Origin: Promethearchaeota archaeon
Lineage (GTDB): Archaea; Asgardarchaeota; Lokiarchaeia; Sigyniarchaeales; SOKP01
Length of the DNA stretch: 64,000 nt
Assembly: GCA_030599585.1 (NCBI GenBank)
Contig: JAUVNS010000008.1
Location: forward strand, 96,001-160,000
Direction: 5' to 3'
The notes under the pieces are model-generated. The model did not search any database, had not been told where the DNA came from, and saw only the letters and a program-made list of their open reading frames with translations. The translations under genes were made by a program, and so were the position numbers. Shown here in pieces: positions 9,905-19,888 of the stretch. Position 1 is the first letter of the stretch; each line of letters opens with the position of its first letter.

Positions 9905-12900
9905 CTACATCGTTTCCCTATAAATATCTACAATTTTCTCTTTTCGAGATTTATTTAGTAATACTTTCATTCCTACTAGAGTAAAAATTATCGATATGGT
10001 AAAAATTACTAACATATCTGTTAATGGAAATACGGGTATATTTGGTAAGCCGCTAGTTAGATTCATAGACACACTTAGAAGTAGACTAGTAGCCCAACCT
10101 ACGAGGACACCTACTGTTCCACTACTTAACATAATAATTAACGACTCTATAATAAACATTCTTCCGATTTCTTTCCCTTTTAAACCTAAGGTTCTAATGA
10201 TGCCTATTTCTTTTTTTCTTTCAATAATTGTTGAATAAGAAGACGATAGTAATCCAAATAAACAGATAATTACAGTCGCATTCAAAGTCATAGAGAAAAA
10301 CACGGTAATAATTGTGAAAAATAATTGTTGTTGTGCAATCATTTGTTGTAAACTAGTTATCTCAAAATCAAAAGAGTTCTCATTTTCCCTTGTCAGTTTA
10401 TTCATGATAATCTGTAATGAACTTTGGGCATTCAGATTGAGTTTAATAAAAATCTTATCTAAGTATGGAATTGGGGGAATATCCATAATAATCATATAAG
10501 TTTCTTGAGAAATCATAACTCCACCCATATTAGCCGTTGCGGCCGATCTTCCAAATTTTCCAGAAAAGCCTGGCATAGATGCTGCTACTCCAACTATTTT
10601 AAATGTATAAATTTCAGACTCATCCCCCCTCTGTATTGCCATCCGAATAATGTCTCCAAGATACATATCCATACTTAAAGAAATACTCTCTGATATGATA
10701 CAGGTATAGAGCGGTTGTTCATTGAACAATTGTTCGAAAGATAGTTTGATTTCTCCCTGTGTAAATTCCATGTATTTATTGTTGACCGTAGACGGATAAA
10801 TTTCATCGACGCCTATTAGGCTTATTTCTTGTGTAGTTAAACCCGCGTAATCCCCAATCTCCGCTGTAAATTCTTTACCTTCTTCAGAATAAATTTGTGT
10901 TAAATGGTAAGGGCTGGCAATAACTGAGGATATCCTCTCGATACCATCAATTTTTAATAATTCTTCCTCGAAACTGCTCGTGAGGATTCTATTTGGATTT
11001 ACAGGAAAGCCATTATCTTGACTTGTTTTAAGTCCATTGACAGAGGTGCTAAGAAAATCACCACCCTCACCCCCACCCCCAAATAAGTTAAAACTTTCTA
11101 CTTCTTCAGGTTCAAGCCATCCTTCTGTTTCTATTACTAAATCTGAGCCAAAATTCAGGTTAGCACTTACTACGCTCTCGTTCGCTAAGAAGTTAAATAC
11201 ACTCGCAGTAAATATTACAAATGAAAAAGTAAATGCAAAAGTTATTATCGTGCTTGAGTTCCTTCTGACATATCTAAATATAAAGATTTTATATACTGGT
11301 GCTATTTTTTTGGTAAATACTTGAAAAAAACTAATGAACATTCTTAAAATTAAAGGTAAAAGGCCCAATCCTGCCAATGTCATTCCGATCAAAAATACTA
11401 ATAACAAAGCTATTAGTGTTCCGGACATCAAAGCAGCGTCTCCCGTATTTAATATCCTAGGGATAACAAACATTACAAATGCTCCATTGGCGGCCAATAT
11501 AATACCAACTATTAAAAGCTTATAGTTTACAGAAGCCTTTTTTTTAAGTTTATATAACACATCCTCCTTACGATATGGATGGATAGATTCTATTAATTGG
11601 AGTTGCATAACTTTAACAGCAGGGGAGATACTAACAATAAGCCCTACACTTATTCCAATGATATAAGCAATTAAAAAAGACCAAATTGTCGACGAGAAAG
11701 TTATATTTCCTGCTAAACCGGGAATCGATTCCGCTACAACACTCCCTGCTATCGGAAGTACGATATATTGAGTTCCTAATTGAGCCAGAATCAAACCTAA
11801 TATCGTTCCAATATTACATAGCAACAATCCTTGTACTAAAACTATTATTAAATTATAACGCTTGGTTGCTCCCAGTGTTCTAAAGATTCCAAATTCTCTT
11901 ATACGTTCCTCAACAGAAGTTTTTAAAATTCCGTTGATTAAAACACCAGATATTAACATAGAGATCATTGTGACAAATACAAAAATTATCGTCAACCCGA
12001 CGCTAAACATTTCAGAATAACCTAAGATGTCTAATTTGGGTAAGTTTATAGTATACTCGTTTAATCCGATTAGTAGTTGAACTTTCCCCGCTAATTTCTT
12101 GACCCGTTTTTCCGAACCATCGATATCCCTTGCGTCATACAAACTTTCCTCGTCTTTTAAAGTTAAAATTAATTCGTTACATTTTCCATTGAATGTTGTG
12201 TTGCCAAAGGTATCATAAATTGTATCTATATCAACAACAATCAAGGGTCGGTTCGCAAATACTATTGGCCATTTCAATTGAAAATCAAAAATCCTATGTA
12301 TGGTAAAATTTTTCACTCTGTAATAGGATGTATTTCCGTGCCATATTCCCATTCTAATTTCAATTGTATCGTTCTCAGCGTATTTAATTTCGTCGTTTAA
12401 GCCATAATATATAGCACATTGATCCAAAGCTAAATTGGAAATCGCTAACAAATCGTTAGTATCAGGCTTTAAAAAACTCCCAAATTGAAGTTGGTTTTCT
12501 AATTCAAAATCGATACCCGATATAATAACATTTCTCCTTTTATTTTCTAATTCTTGGGTTTCAAAACCCTTAGAATAGTTAACATTTCCCCATAGACTCA
12601 TCCTAGGAATAAAGGATTCAACTTCTTCTATATTATTTCCAATTGTTTCTATTACTGGCTGATAACTGAAATAATTCGACCGATTATAAGGTTCGCCGTT
12701 ATAATGTCTTACGGAAACATTAAAATCTTGTTGACCTGCATCAATACTAAGATAATCAATGAAAGTGACTGCTATAGAATCTGATAAAAATAGAATTAAC
12801 GCTAGAAGTCCAATAGAAACTGTAATTCCTAATACCCCAACAAAGGTCCTGGTCTTGTGACGGACGAAATCTTTTAAGGCGTATTTAAATACTATTTTTA

Positions 12901-12910
12901 TGTTAGTCAT
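9905..12910 (-). CDS. FtsX/MacB-like ABC transporter permease (duplicated FtsX domains)
   Basis: EERIREFGIFRTLG and ERKKEIGIIRTLG motifs; two TM bundles with large extracellular loops. Confidence 0.9.
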   Translation of the reverse strand: MTNIKIVFKYALKDFVRHKTRTFVGVLGITVSIGLLALILFLSDSIAVTFIDYLSIDAGQQDFNVSVRHYNGEPYNRSNYFSYQPVIETIGNNIEEVESFIPRMSLWGNVNYSKGFETQELENKRRNVIISGIDFELENQLQFGSFLKPDTNDLLAISNLALDQCAIYYGLNDEIKYAENDTIEIRMGIWHGNTSYYRVKNFTIHRIFDFQLKWPIVFANRPLIVVDIDTIYDTFGNTTFNGKCNELILTLKDEESLYDARDIDGSEKRVKKLAGKVQLLIGLNEYTINLPKLDILGYSEMFSVGLTIIFVFVTMISMLISGVLINGILKTSVEERIREFGIFRTLGATKRYNLIIVLVQGLLLCNIGTILGLILAQLGTQYIVLPIAGSVVAESIPGLAGNITFSSTIWSFLIAYIIGISVGLIVSISPAVKVMQLQLIESIHPYRKEDVLYKLKKKASVNYKLLIVGIILAANGAFVMFVIPRILNTGDAALMSGTLIALLLVFLIGMTLAGLGLLPLILRMFISFFQVFTKKIAPVYKIFIFRYVRRNSSTIITFAFTFSFVIFTASVFNFLANESVVSANLNFGSDLVIETEGWLEPEEVESFNLFGGGGEGGDFLSTSVNGLKTSQDNGFPVNPNRILTSSFEEELLKIDGIERISSVIASPYHLTQIYSEEGKEFTAEIGDYAGLTTQEISLIGVDEIYPSTVNNKYMEFTQGEIKLSFEQLFNEQPLYTCIISESISLSMDMYLGDIIRMAIQRGDESEIYTFKIVGVAASMPGFSGKFGRSAATANMGGVMISQETYMIIMDIPPIPYLDKIFIKLNLNAQSSLQIIMNKLTRENENSFDFEITSLQQMIAQQQLFFTIITVFFSMTLNATVIICLFGLLSSSYSTIIERKKEIGIIRTLGLKGKEIGRMFIIESLIIMLSSGTVGVLVGWATSLLLSVSMNLTSGLPNIPVFPLTDMLVIFTISIIFTLVGMKVLLNKSRKEKIVDIYRETM

Positions 12911-12960
12911 TCGAATTATTGCGATAAAACGTACTTTTATAATAAAATAGATGAATTATA

Positions 12961-14139
12961 TCAATCTAAAATTAATTCGTCTCCCGAAATTTGTCCACTA
13001 ATATTATTTTCTTCTATAAGTTCATCCAAAATATCGTTAAAATGCTCTGGAAGGTTTGAAACGATCGGAATTGGGATGCTATTTTTAATATCACTAACTT
13101 TTATATTGGTTTTACCTTGAGACGCATACAAGTATTTAAATATCAGACTCTTGCATTTTTCCTTATTAATTTCGGCGTCCGTTTTCCTTTTATACTGCAT
13201 AATTTCTGTTTCTTTTAGGCCTCCAATTTTCCCCTCGTGAGTTAATTTACCATCTCTCATGTGATAAACTTTACTAGCGAATTCAGAAACCGCAGCATCG
13301 TGAGAAACCGATATAAATGTTGCTCCTTTTTTATTTAAATCTCTAATAAGATTCAAAATCATAATACCGGTCTTGGAGTCTAAGTCACCCGTCGGTTCGT
13401 CGAGAATTACTATGGCTGGATCGTTTGCAAATGCTCTTGCAATCGCTACCCTTTGTTGTTCTCCACCACTTAATTCTGATGGCGTATGGTGAGAACGTTC
13501 ATCCAATCCTACGAGGCTTAGTAAATCCATAGCTTTTTTTCTCTTACCTCTTTTACTTAACTTCCCAGAAAAATGTAAAGGGACCATCACATTTTCTAAA
13601 GCTGTCATCTGTGGTAGTAAATTATAGAATTGAAATACAAAGCCAATACTTTCTCTTCTTATTTCTGCTAAATCGTTGTCATTAAGCATAGATATATTAC
13701 GCCCTTCCAAGTAAATTTTTCCCCTCGTAGGTGTATCCAATCCGCCTACTAGGTTCAAAAGTGTTGTTTTGCCACTTCCTGAAGGACCCATTATATCTAT
13801 AAAATTTCCTTTATCAATCGTTAAATCAACGCCGCGTAGGGCCGCCACGGCTGTGGTTCCAAGTAAATATGTCTTGTGCAAGTTCTCAACAACAATTAAA
13901 TGGTCATAATCTCTGCCTACTTCTTTTTCTTGTTTTAATTCTAATTTGATTTTCTTTCTTTCTTCACGAGAGAGGGTAAGTGATTCCATTTTCTGCTTTT
14001 TTAATGTATTTTTTTGTTTTTTCATTTGCCATTTTCGAAAATCTTTACTTTCGTTTCCCTTCCATATCGCAAGTTTTCCAGTTTCGTTTTCGTATTCATC
14101 CATTTCCGGAGACTTTTTAACAATTCTTCTTTCAGACAT
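12961..14139 (-). CDS. ABC transporter ATP-binding protein (LolD/MacB type) with N- and C-terminal extensions
   Basis: GPSGSGKT, LSGGEQQRVAIARA, ILDEPTGDLD, SHD motifs. Confidence 0.95.
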   Translation of the reverse strand: MSERRIVKKSPEMDEYENETGKLAIWKGNESKDFRKWQMKKQKNTLKKQKMESLTLSREERKKIKLELKQEKEVGRDYDHLIVVENLHKTYLLGTTAVAALRGVDLTIDKGNFIDIMGPSGSGKTTLLNLVGGLDTPTRGKIYLEGRNISMLNDNDLAEIRRESIGFVFQFYNLLPQMTALENVMVPLHFSGKLSKRGKRKKAMDLLSLVGLDERSHHTPSELSGGEQQRVAIARAFANDPAIVILDEPTGDLDSKTGIMILNLIRDLNKKGATFISVSHDAAVSEFASKVYHMRDGKLTHEGKIGGLKETEIMQYKRKTDAEINKEKCKSLIFKYLYASQGKTNIKVSDIKNSIPIPIVSNLPEHFNDILDELIEENNISGQISGDELILD

Positions 14140-14314
14140 TAAGTTTAACCCCTTTTTGAGTATAGAAATATAAATTATAGAACAAATACTAATATAATCA
14201 TAACTGCAGTAGAATTAGAAGTATTAGGAATGTTTTAAACCTTAAGATTCTATTATATTCGAACATCTAATAAATATAATTTTAGATATATGATGATTGA
14301 AATAGGAGTGAAAT

Positions 14315-15037
14315 TCATTTTCCTTCTAGGTATTTTAAAATTTTTAGACTAATATTTTTCTCAGCATCTTTATGTGTTCTAAATATTTCTGATTTTAAGT
14401 TATTAGGTAGTTTAATCAGCTCTTTCTGGTTATTATCAACTATTTCTGGGTTTTTCGCGACCCAATGAGTATCATTATCTGGACCTAGCTTTTCATAATC
14501 AAACTTTATCGTAGGTGTTATCTTGAATTTATTCTGTAAATATTCTAGAAGCTGGTTTTTGTATAAGTGTGGTGATTCCTTTATTAACAATTCCCAATCA
14601 GTTATAAATCTATCAATAATTATTTTTTCAACAACTTGTAAATTATTCCCTGAATCGATAAAAATCGCTCCACATATCGCTTCGAATATGTCTGCAAGTA
14701 TCGAACTGTCTTTTACTCTTTGCTTTTTTGAGGAAAAAATGTATTTCCACAATTCCATTCCCATCGCTATTTTATGAAAAGTTTGATTATCCTCTAAGCG
14801 TAGTTTAGTTTTAGTTAAGTTGCCAGGGTCAATTTCACCTTTACTATAGAGCTTCAAACTAAAGAGTAATTTGATTACAGCATCTCCAAGTGTTTCGAGG
14901 ATCTGATAAGAAGAAGTGTTATTTTCGTTAGCAAATTGGGATGTAGTTAAGGCTTGAAGCAGTATTTCTGGTTTATTAAAACGATAATTTATAAAATCTT
15001 GAAATTGATTTAGTATCTTTTCTGTAATCTTATTCAT
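14315..15037 (-). CDS. rnc: Ribonuclease III family protein (RNase III domain + dsRBD-like C-terminus)
   Basis: LLQALT...YQILETLGDAVIKL and LADIFEAICGAIFID signature motifs; KNQLLEYLQ...KDAEKN dsRBD-like helices. Confidence 0.85.
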   Translation of the reverse strand: MNKITEKILNQFQDFINYRFNKPEILLQALTTSQFANENNTSSYQILETLGDAVIKLLFSLKLYSKGEIDPGNLTKTKLRLEDNQTFHKIAMGMELWKYIFSSKKQRVKDSSILADIFEAICGAIFIDSGNNLQVVEKIIIDRFITDWELLIKESPHLYKNQLLEYLQNKFKITPTIKFDYEKLGPDNDTHWVAKNPEIVDNNQKELIKLPNNLKSEIFRTHKDAEKNISLKILKYLEGK

Positions 15038-15091
15038 ACTTATATAAAATGAAGGGATAAATTTAAAAATTTAAATAAAGTTAGTTAGTAT

Positions 15092-15523
15092 ATGGAGCGA
15101 GAAAACATATTAAAAGCTCTTTCACTTATAGAAGACTTCGAGCAAAAAAATGTAGAAATAGATGAAATTCTTTCAAACTTGCCGATATTCTCTCGTATTG
15201 AACTTCTTCAGGAGATCACTCGAGATATTATTGAACAGAATAGTATTATTAAAGAACATGGATTTCCTAAGGAAAATATCTGTGATCCCGAATCGTCAAA
15301 TCAAGAGGTCTCATCAATAAATATATTAATTGATAATCTCGTTTCAACTATTCAAAAAAACCCTTCCAAGAAAGTGCTCTATTTAAGGTTATTCCTTGAT
15401 AAATTTAAAGATATTTCTGATCAAGATAAAAATGTTGTTATTCAGTCTATAAAAGATGAAGATTCTAAAGGTTTAAAAGAAAAAATATTATCTATTTTAA
15501 AAGTATTCAAATTGGAAGGATGA
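15092..15523 (+). CDS. Hypothetical helical protein
   Basis: 143-aa ORF with ATG start filling an intergenic gap. Confidence 0.65.
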   Translation: MERENILKALSLIEDFEQKNVEIDEILSNLPIFSRIELLQEITRDIIEQNSIIKEHGFPKENICDPESSNQEVSSINILIDNLVSTIQKNPSKKVLYLRLFLDKFKDISDQDKNVVIQSIKDEDSKGLKEKILSILKVFKLEG

Positions 15524-15590
15524 ATAGAAAAAAATAGATTTTATATGTTATCGATTTTAATTACTATACCCTGTTTGAACTTGTCTTATC

Positions 15591-16004
15591 CTATGCAGGT
15601 TCAACTTCATATTCAAACAGTTTCATTAAAATTAGAACATTTTTAATACTTTTTATTTTGATCCGGAAAGTGATGACTTTCCAAATAATTGATCCTATTG
15701 AAATATCATCCCCTCCCAAGATGTCTGCAAACACATTGGTTTTTGTTTCTATAAAACCATCCCAACCGAGAGCTTTTTTCGATATGCTCGATTTTGGGTT
15801 GTTTTCAATGCCCTCAACATAGATTTTACCCTTTTCTATCACTAGAAGGGCAGCTTGTTTTCCATCTTTGGGGTTTAAAAGAATTTTGATTAAAGAATCC
15901 TTATAATCTTCTTTAAATTGCTCGATTGTGTTAAGAACTTCTACTTCTTTAGCCACAACCTTAGCTATTCCTTTTAACCGCTTCTTTTTTTCTTCTTCAT
16001 TCAT
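15591..16004 (-). CDS. Hypothetical protein, possible SCP2-like lipid-binding fold
   Basis: Pattern LVIEKGKIYVE...WDGFIET..VFADILGG...RIKIKS resembles SCP2. Confidence 0.5.
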   Translation of the reverse strand: MNEEEKKKRLKGIAKVVAKEVEVLNTIEQFKEDYKDSLIKILLNPKDGKQAALLVIEKGKIYVEGIENNPKSSISKKALGWDGFIETKTNVFADILGGDDISIGSIIWKVITFRIKIKSIKNVLILMKLFEYEVEPA

Positions 16005-16162
16005 AGCTAATCATTTTTACATTAATGTAAAATAGCGATACCTTAATTTCCTATCCTAATAAGTCTAATAATAGTAAAATATCTATAAAATTGTCTTTTT
16101 TAATGTTTAAATCTAAGAAGAAGAATGATTCTCATTCGGAGAGATGTTATCGCTCCGTGAGG

Positions 16163-16417
16163 TTAATAACTCTCAGCACCACCAGCATCAAAGAATTCTT
16201 CAAAAGCTTTTCTATCCTGGGCAGAAATTTTGGTATTACCCATAGTTTCTTTTACAACTATAGGAGCCGACTCCTTCTCGTCGTGTCTGATTTTTTTAAC
16301 TATCTTAAAATCATCTGGTTCGGCTTCTAAATCGAATTCTTTATCGCAAGCTTTGCAATATAATTTATTGTTTTTTGTCGGAATGATGAAATTATCACAA
16401 TCTGGGCAGAACTTCAT
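16163..16417 (-). CDS. TFS/RpoM-like protein with only the N-terminal Zn ribbon
   Basis: MKFCPDCDNFIIP...LYCKAC from ATG at 16417 (ORF track extends upstream to a TTG); no C-terminal ribbon. Confidence 0.75.
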   Translation of the reverse strand: MKFCPDCDNFIIPTKNNKLYCKACDKEFDLEAEPDDFKIVKKIRHDEKESAPIVVKETMGNTKISAQDRKAFEEFFDAGGAESY

Positions 16418-16751
16418 GGTTTCGATTATCACTAATTTTTCGTTTTTTACTTTTTTAATCCTTAAGTGTCTTGTATAATCTTCTATCGTCAATTAATATG
16501 TAAAATAGTTAACATTTATAAATTTAATGGCGTCCAATGAGAAAAGTTGAGTTCAGATATTTAAACATTTCTATTACGTTATTATTGTATAACAAATGAA
16601 AAGGTTAGGATAGTTTAATTTATACAAGTGAAGGGTATGAGAAGTTATATGTTTATATTCAATCGATTTAAATTTAGCAAAAATACATATTTAATTAAAA
16701 AGTAATATTAAATTTTCTCAGCAAATGTAATTTTTAAGTGAGTTTTATACA

Positions 16752-17486
16752 ATGAGCCATTCGAAAAATCAAATTTTAATTATGGGACATCGTGGAGCAA
16801 GTATAATTGTTCCCGAAAATACTTTAAAAGCTTTTGAAAAAGCTATTGATCTTAAAGCGGATTTTATTGAGTTTGATGTTCAAGAAACCCTTGATGGAGA
16901 GTTGGTGATAACTCACGACGAAGATATTAAAAGAATAACTGGTCAGGATGGAATAATCTCTAAAATGACTCTCAATGAATTAAAAATGTTGGATTTTGGT
17001 GAAGGTGAAAAGATTCCTACATTGGAAGAATTAGTTAAATTAACAAAAAATAGGATTAAATTAAATTGTGAAATCAAGGTTAAAGGAATAACTGAAAAGG
17101 TGATAAAAATTTTTCGAAAATGGGATATTCTCAACACAACTATAGTGAGTTCTTTTATCCATGAAGAACTCTTGGCTATTCAAAAATTAGCACCTTCGGT
17201 AAGATTAGCGTCACTTGAACCAACTCCCGGGACAATAAAAATCGATTGGGTTAGAAAGAAGGAGATGATCGAATACTGTATTAACAATAAATTTTACGCA
17301 ATAAATCCAATTGTTATGATGGTAGATCAGCAGTTCATTGATTATGCCCATGCGAATGATATTAAGGTCTTTCCTTGGACAGTTGATTCGAGAATATCTA
17401 TAAAAAAACTCATAAGACTGGGTGCTGATGGGATAATAACTAATGATATCACTAAAGTAAAAGATATTATTAAATCATTTTCTTAA
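16752..17486 (+). CDS. Glycerophosphodiester phosphodiesterase
   Basis: GHRGAS..PENT, IEFDV, ITHD, WTVD, GIITN motifs. Confidence 0.93.
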   Translation: MSHSKNQILIMGHRGASIIVPENTLKAFEKAIDLKADFIEFDVQETLDGELVITHDEDIKRITGQDGIISKMTLNELKMLDFGEGEKIPTLEELVKLTKNRIKLNCEIKVKGITEKVIKIFRKWDILNTTIVSSFIHEELLAIQKLAPSVRLASLEPTPGTIKIDWVRKKEMIEYCINNKFYAINPIVMMVDQQFIDYAHANDIKVFPWTVDSRISIKKLIRLGADGIITNDITKVKDIIKSFS

Positions 17487-17534
17487 AAATTAAGATTAGA
17501 AGAGGTAATACTCACGAAAGAAAAAAATGTTGAT

Positions 17535-18233
17535 GTGCTTGTAATCGGACACAAGGGCGCGAGCTCAATAGCTCCAGAAAACACATTAAAAGCATTTCAG
17601 AAAGCTATTGAATTACATGCGGATTATGTGGAATTTGACTCACATTTAACTAAAGATGGTGAAATTGTCATCATTCATGATGCGGATACGTTTAGTTTAA
17701 CTGGAGTCCATGGTTTGATTAGGGATAAAACCTTAAAAGAAGTAAAGAAGTTAAATGCGGGTGAAGGCGAGCGAATACCCACGTTACAGGAACTCGTAGC
17801 TATTGCTAAAGGCAAAATTGGGCTCCAATTGGAAATAAAATCTACAGGACTCCTTGAAAGGATGGTAAAAATTTTAAGAAAAGAAAATTTAATTCAAAAT
17901 TCTATTGTTAGCTGTTTTATGTTTGATGAACTTTTAAAATTAAAGGAAATCGAGCCGAAATTAAAAATAGGTTTCTTACTACCAGCTGAATTAGTGCGAT
18001 CACGAATAATAAAAAGAAAAATTTTAAAATGTGAAAAAGAGGGTTTTTATGCCATCCATCCACATTTTAATACAGTTGATAAAGAGATTGTTGATTTTGC
18101 TCATACAAACGGTCTTAAAGTTAATGTATGGACTGTAAACGATCGTAATTCTATGAAAAAATTAATCCAAATGGGCGTTGATGGGATAATTACTGATGAT
18201 ATTTCGCTCGCTCTTAAAACAATCAGTTCATAA
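17535..18233 (+). CDS. Glycerophosphodiester phosphodiesterase (tandem paralog)
   Basis: GHKGAS..PENT, VEFD, IIHD, WTVN, GIITD motifs. Confidence 0.93.
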   Translation: MLVIGHKGASSIAPENTLKAFQKAIELHADYVEFDSHLTKDGEIVIIHDADTFSLTGVHGLIRDKTLKEVKKLNAGEGERIPTLQELVAIAKGKIGLQLEIKSTGLLERMVKILRKENLIQNSIVSCFMFDELLKLKEIEPKLKIGFLLPAELVRSRIIKRKILKCEKEGFYAIHPHFNTVDKEIVDFAHTNGLKVNVWTVNDRNSMKKLIQMGVDGIITDDISLALKTISS

Positions 18234-18328
18234 AATTATATTAACAACTGAAGTAAACACAATAAAATATTTTAGTCAAGTTCTATTATATTTGTTAATA
18301 ATTATTACGAATTTTTCTTAGTTTAACA

Positions 18329-19816
18329 ATGTCTTCATTACAAAAATCATCTATAGATTTTAAACGATTATTCTTTCCAAGAGCTATCGGTATTATTGGA
18401 GCAAGTCATCATCCTGCAGGTGGTGGTTTTTTTGTTCGATCATTGAAAGGTAAATTCAAAGGAACAACCTATTTATTTAATCCAAGATTAGCTGGAAAAA
18501 CATTACATGGTCAGAAAGTTTACTCATCAATCCTGGAAATTTCTGAACCAATAGATTATGTTATTATTGCGGTTCCTGCACGCCTGGTTCCAAAAGTTTT
18601 AGATGAAGTAGGTCAAAAGTCCGTTCCCTTTTGCACAATTTTCTCTTCAGGATTCCGCGAAGTTGGTAACGAGGATTTAGAAAAAATAACTCTTGAAACA
18701 GCTCGTAAACATAAAATACGTATCATTGGCCCAAATTGTATTGGTGTATATAATCCGAAAGGTGGATTATTTTTTGCTTACGAACAATCCCGTAAGTATG
18801 GAAATTTCGGAGGAATTTTTCAATCAGGAGGAATTGCTCAAAATATATCCCAACTCATAGTATCTTATGGCTTGTATGCATCTAAATTCGTCTCTATAGG
18901 GAATTCCCTCGACTTATCTCCAGTTGAATTTTTAGAATATTTCTTAAAAGACGAGTATACAAAAATTATTGGCTTATACATTGAGAGTCTAAGGAATATT
19001 GAACAAGGAAGAAAATTTATGGATATTGTTAAAGAGTGTAATTTAAACCGTAAACCTATTATTCTTTGGCGGGCAGGATACGGAGAAGCAACTAAAAAAG
19101 CGATATTATCTCACACAGGAGGTTTGGCGGGTAACAACGAAATTTGGAAGGCTGTAGGAAAACAAACTGGGAGTTGCATAGTAAATAACTCAAATGAACT
19201 TGCTGCGTTAGCATCTGCTTTTAATTTAACTCGTTTACCTAATTCACGAAATGTTGGCGTGATTGGTATTGGTGGGGGTTCAACAATAGAAGCGATAGAT
19301 ATTCTAGAAAAGTACAACCTAACAATTCCTCAATTATCAGAGAAAAGTATTAGTAAAATGAAAAGATTCGTCCCTGATGTAAACACTAACTTATCAAATC
19401 CCATAGATCTAGGTGGGATGGGAATTCAACCCAATATCTACTATCGTACGATATTAGCGCTTGATAAAGATCCTAACATTTCTTCTATTATTTTTATTAA
19501 AGATCCCGAGAGATTTGGAGGATTTTCTGACTTAATGGAAGAATTAGGCTACGGAGCATTAGATCTAAATAAAGAATTTATCCGATACATATCAAAAGCG
19601 AAGAGTGTATGTACAAAACCTATGTATTGCGTCATGCTGAAAATCAACGAGGGATTTGAAGAGTATAAAAGTAGATACAAATTCAAGCTAAAATTACTTA
19701 ATCGAAATGTTCCAGTATTTGAATCCTTAGATCTCGCAGGAACTGTTTTGGATAAACTAAATTCGTATCGAGAATTCTTACAAAAGCATAAAAAATATCC
19801 AAAAAGCAAAGATTAA
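18329..19816 (+). CDS. Acyl-CoA synthetase (NDP-forming) alpha-subunit-like CoA-binding protein
   Basis: IIGAS, SGFRE, IIGPNCIG, QSGG, SHTGGLA (phospho-His), NPIDL motifs. Confidence 0.88.
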   Translation: MSSLQKSSIDFKRLFFPRAIGIIGASHHPAGGGFFVRSLKGKFKGTTYLFNPRLAGKTLHGQKVYSSILEISEPIDYVIIAVPARLVPKVLDEVGQKSVPFCTIFSSGFREVGNEDLEKITLETARKHKIRIIGPNCIGVYNPKGGLFFAYEQSRKYGNFGGIFQSGGIAQNISQLIVSYGLYASKFVSIGNSLDLSPVEFLEYFLKDEYTKIIGLYIESLRNIEQGRKFMDIVKECNLNRKPIILWRAGYGEATKKAILSHTGGLAGNNEIWKAVGKQTGSCIVNNSNELAALASAFNLTRLPNSRNVGVIGIGGGSTIEAIDILEKYNLTIPQLSEKSISKMKRFVPDVNTNLSNPIDLGGMGIQPNIYYRTILALDKDPNISSIIFIKDPERFGGFSDLMEELGYGALDLNKEFIRYISKAKSVCTKPMYCVMLKINEGFEEYKSRYKFKLKLLNRNVPVFESLDLAGTVLDKLNSYREFLQKHKKYPKSKD

Positions 19817-19888
19817 AATCGTATATTAAAGTTTTATCACGCATACTATTAATTTAACCGTTTTTTAAATTTCCTTTCAGGAATCTTT

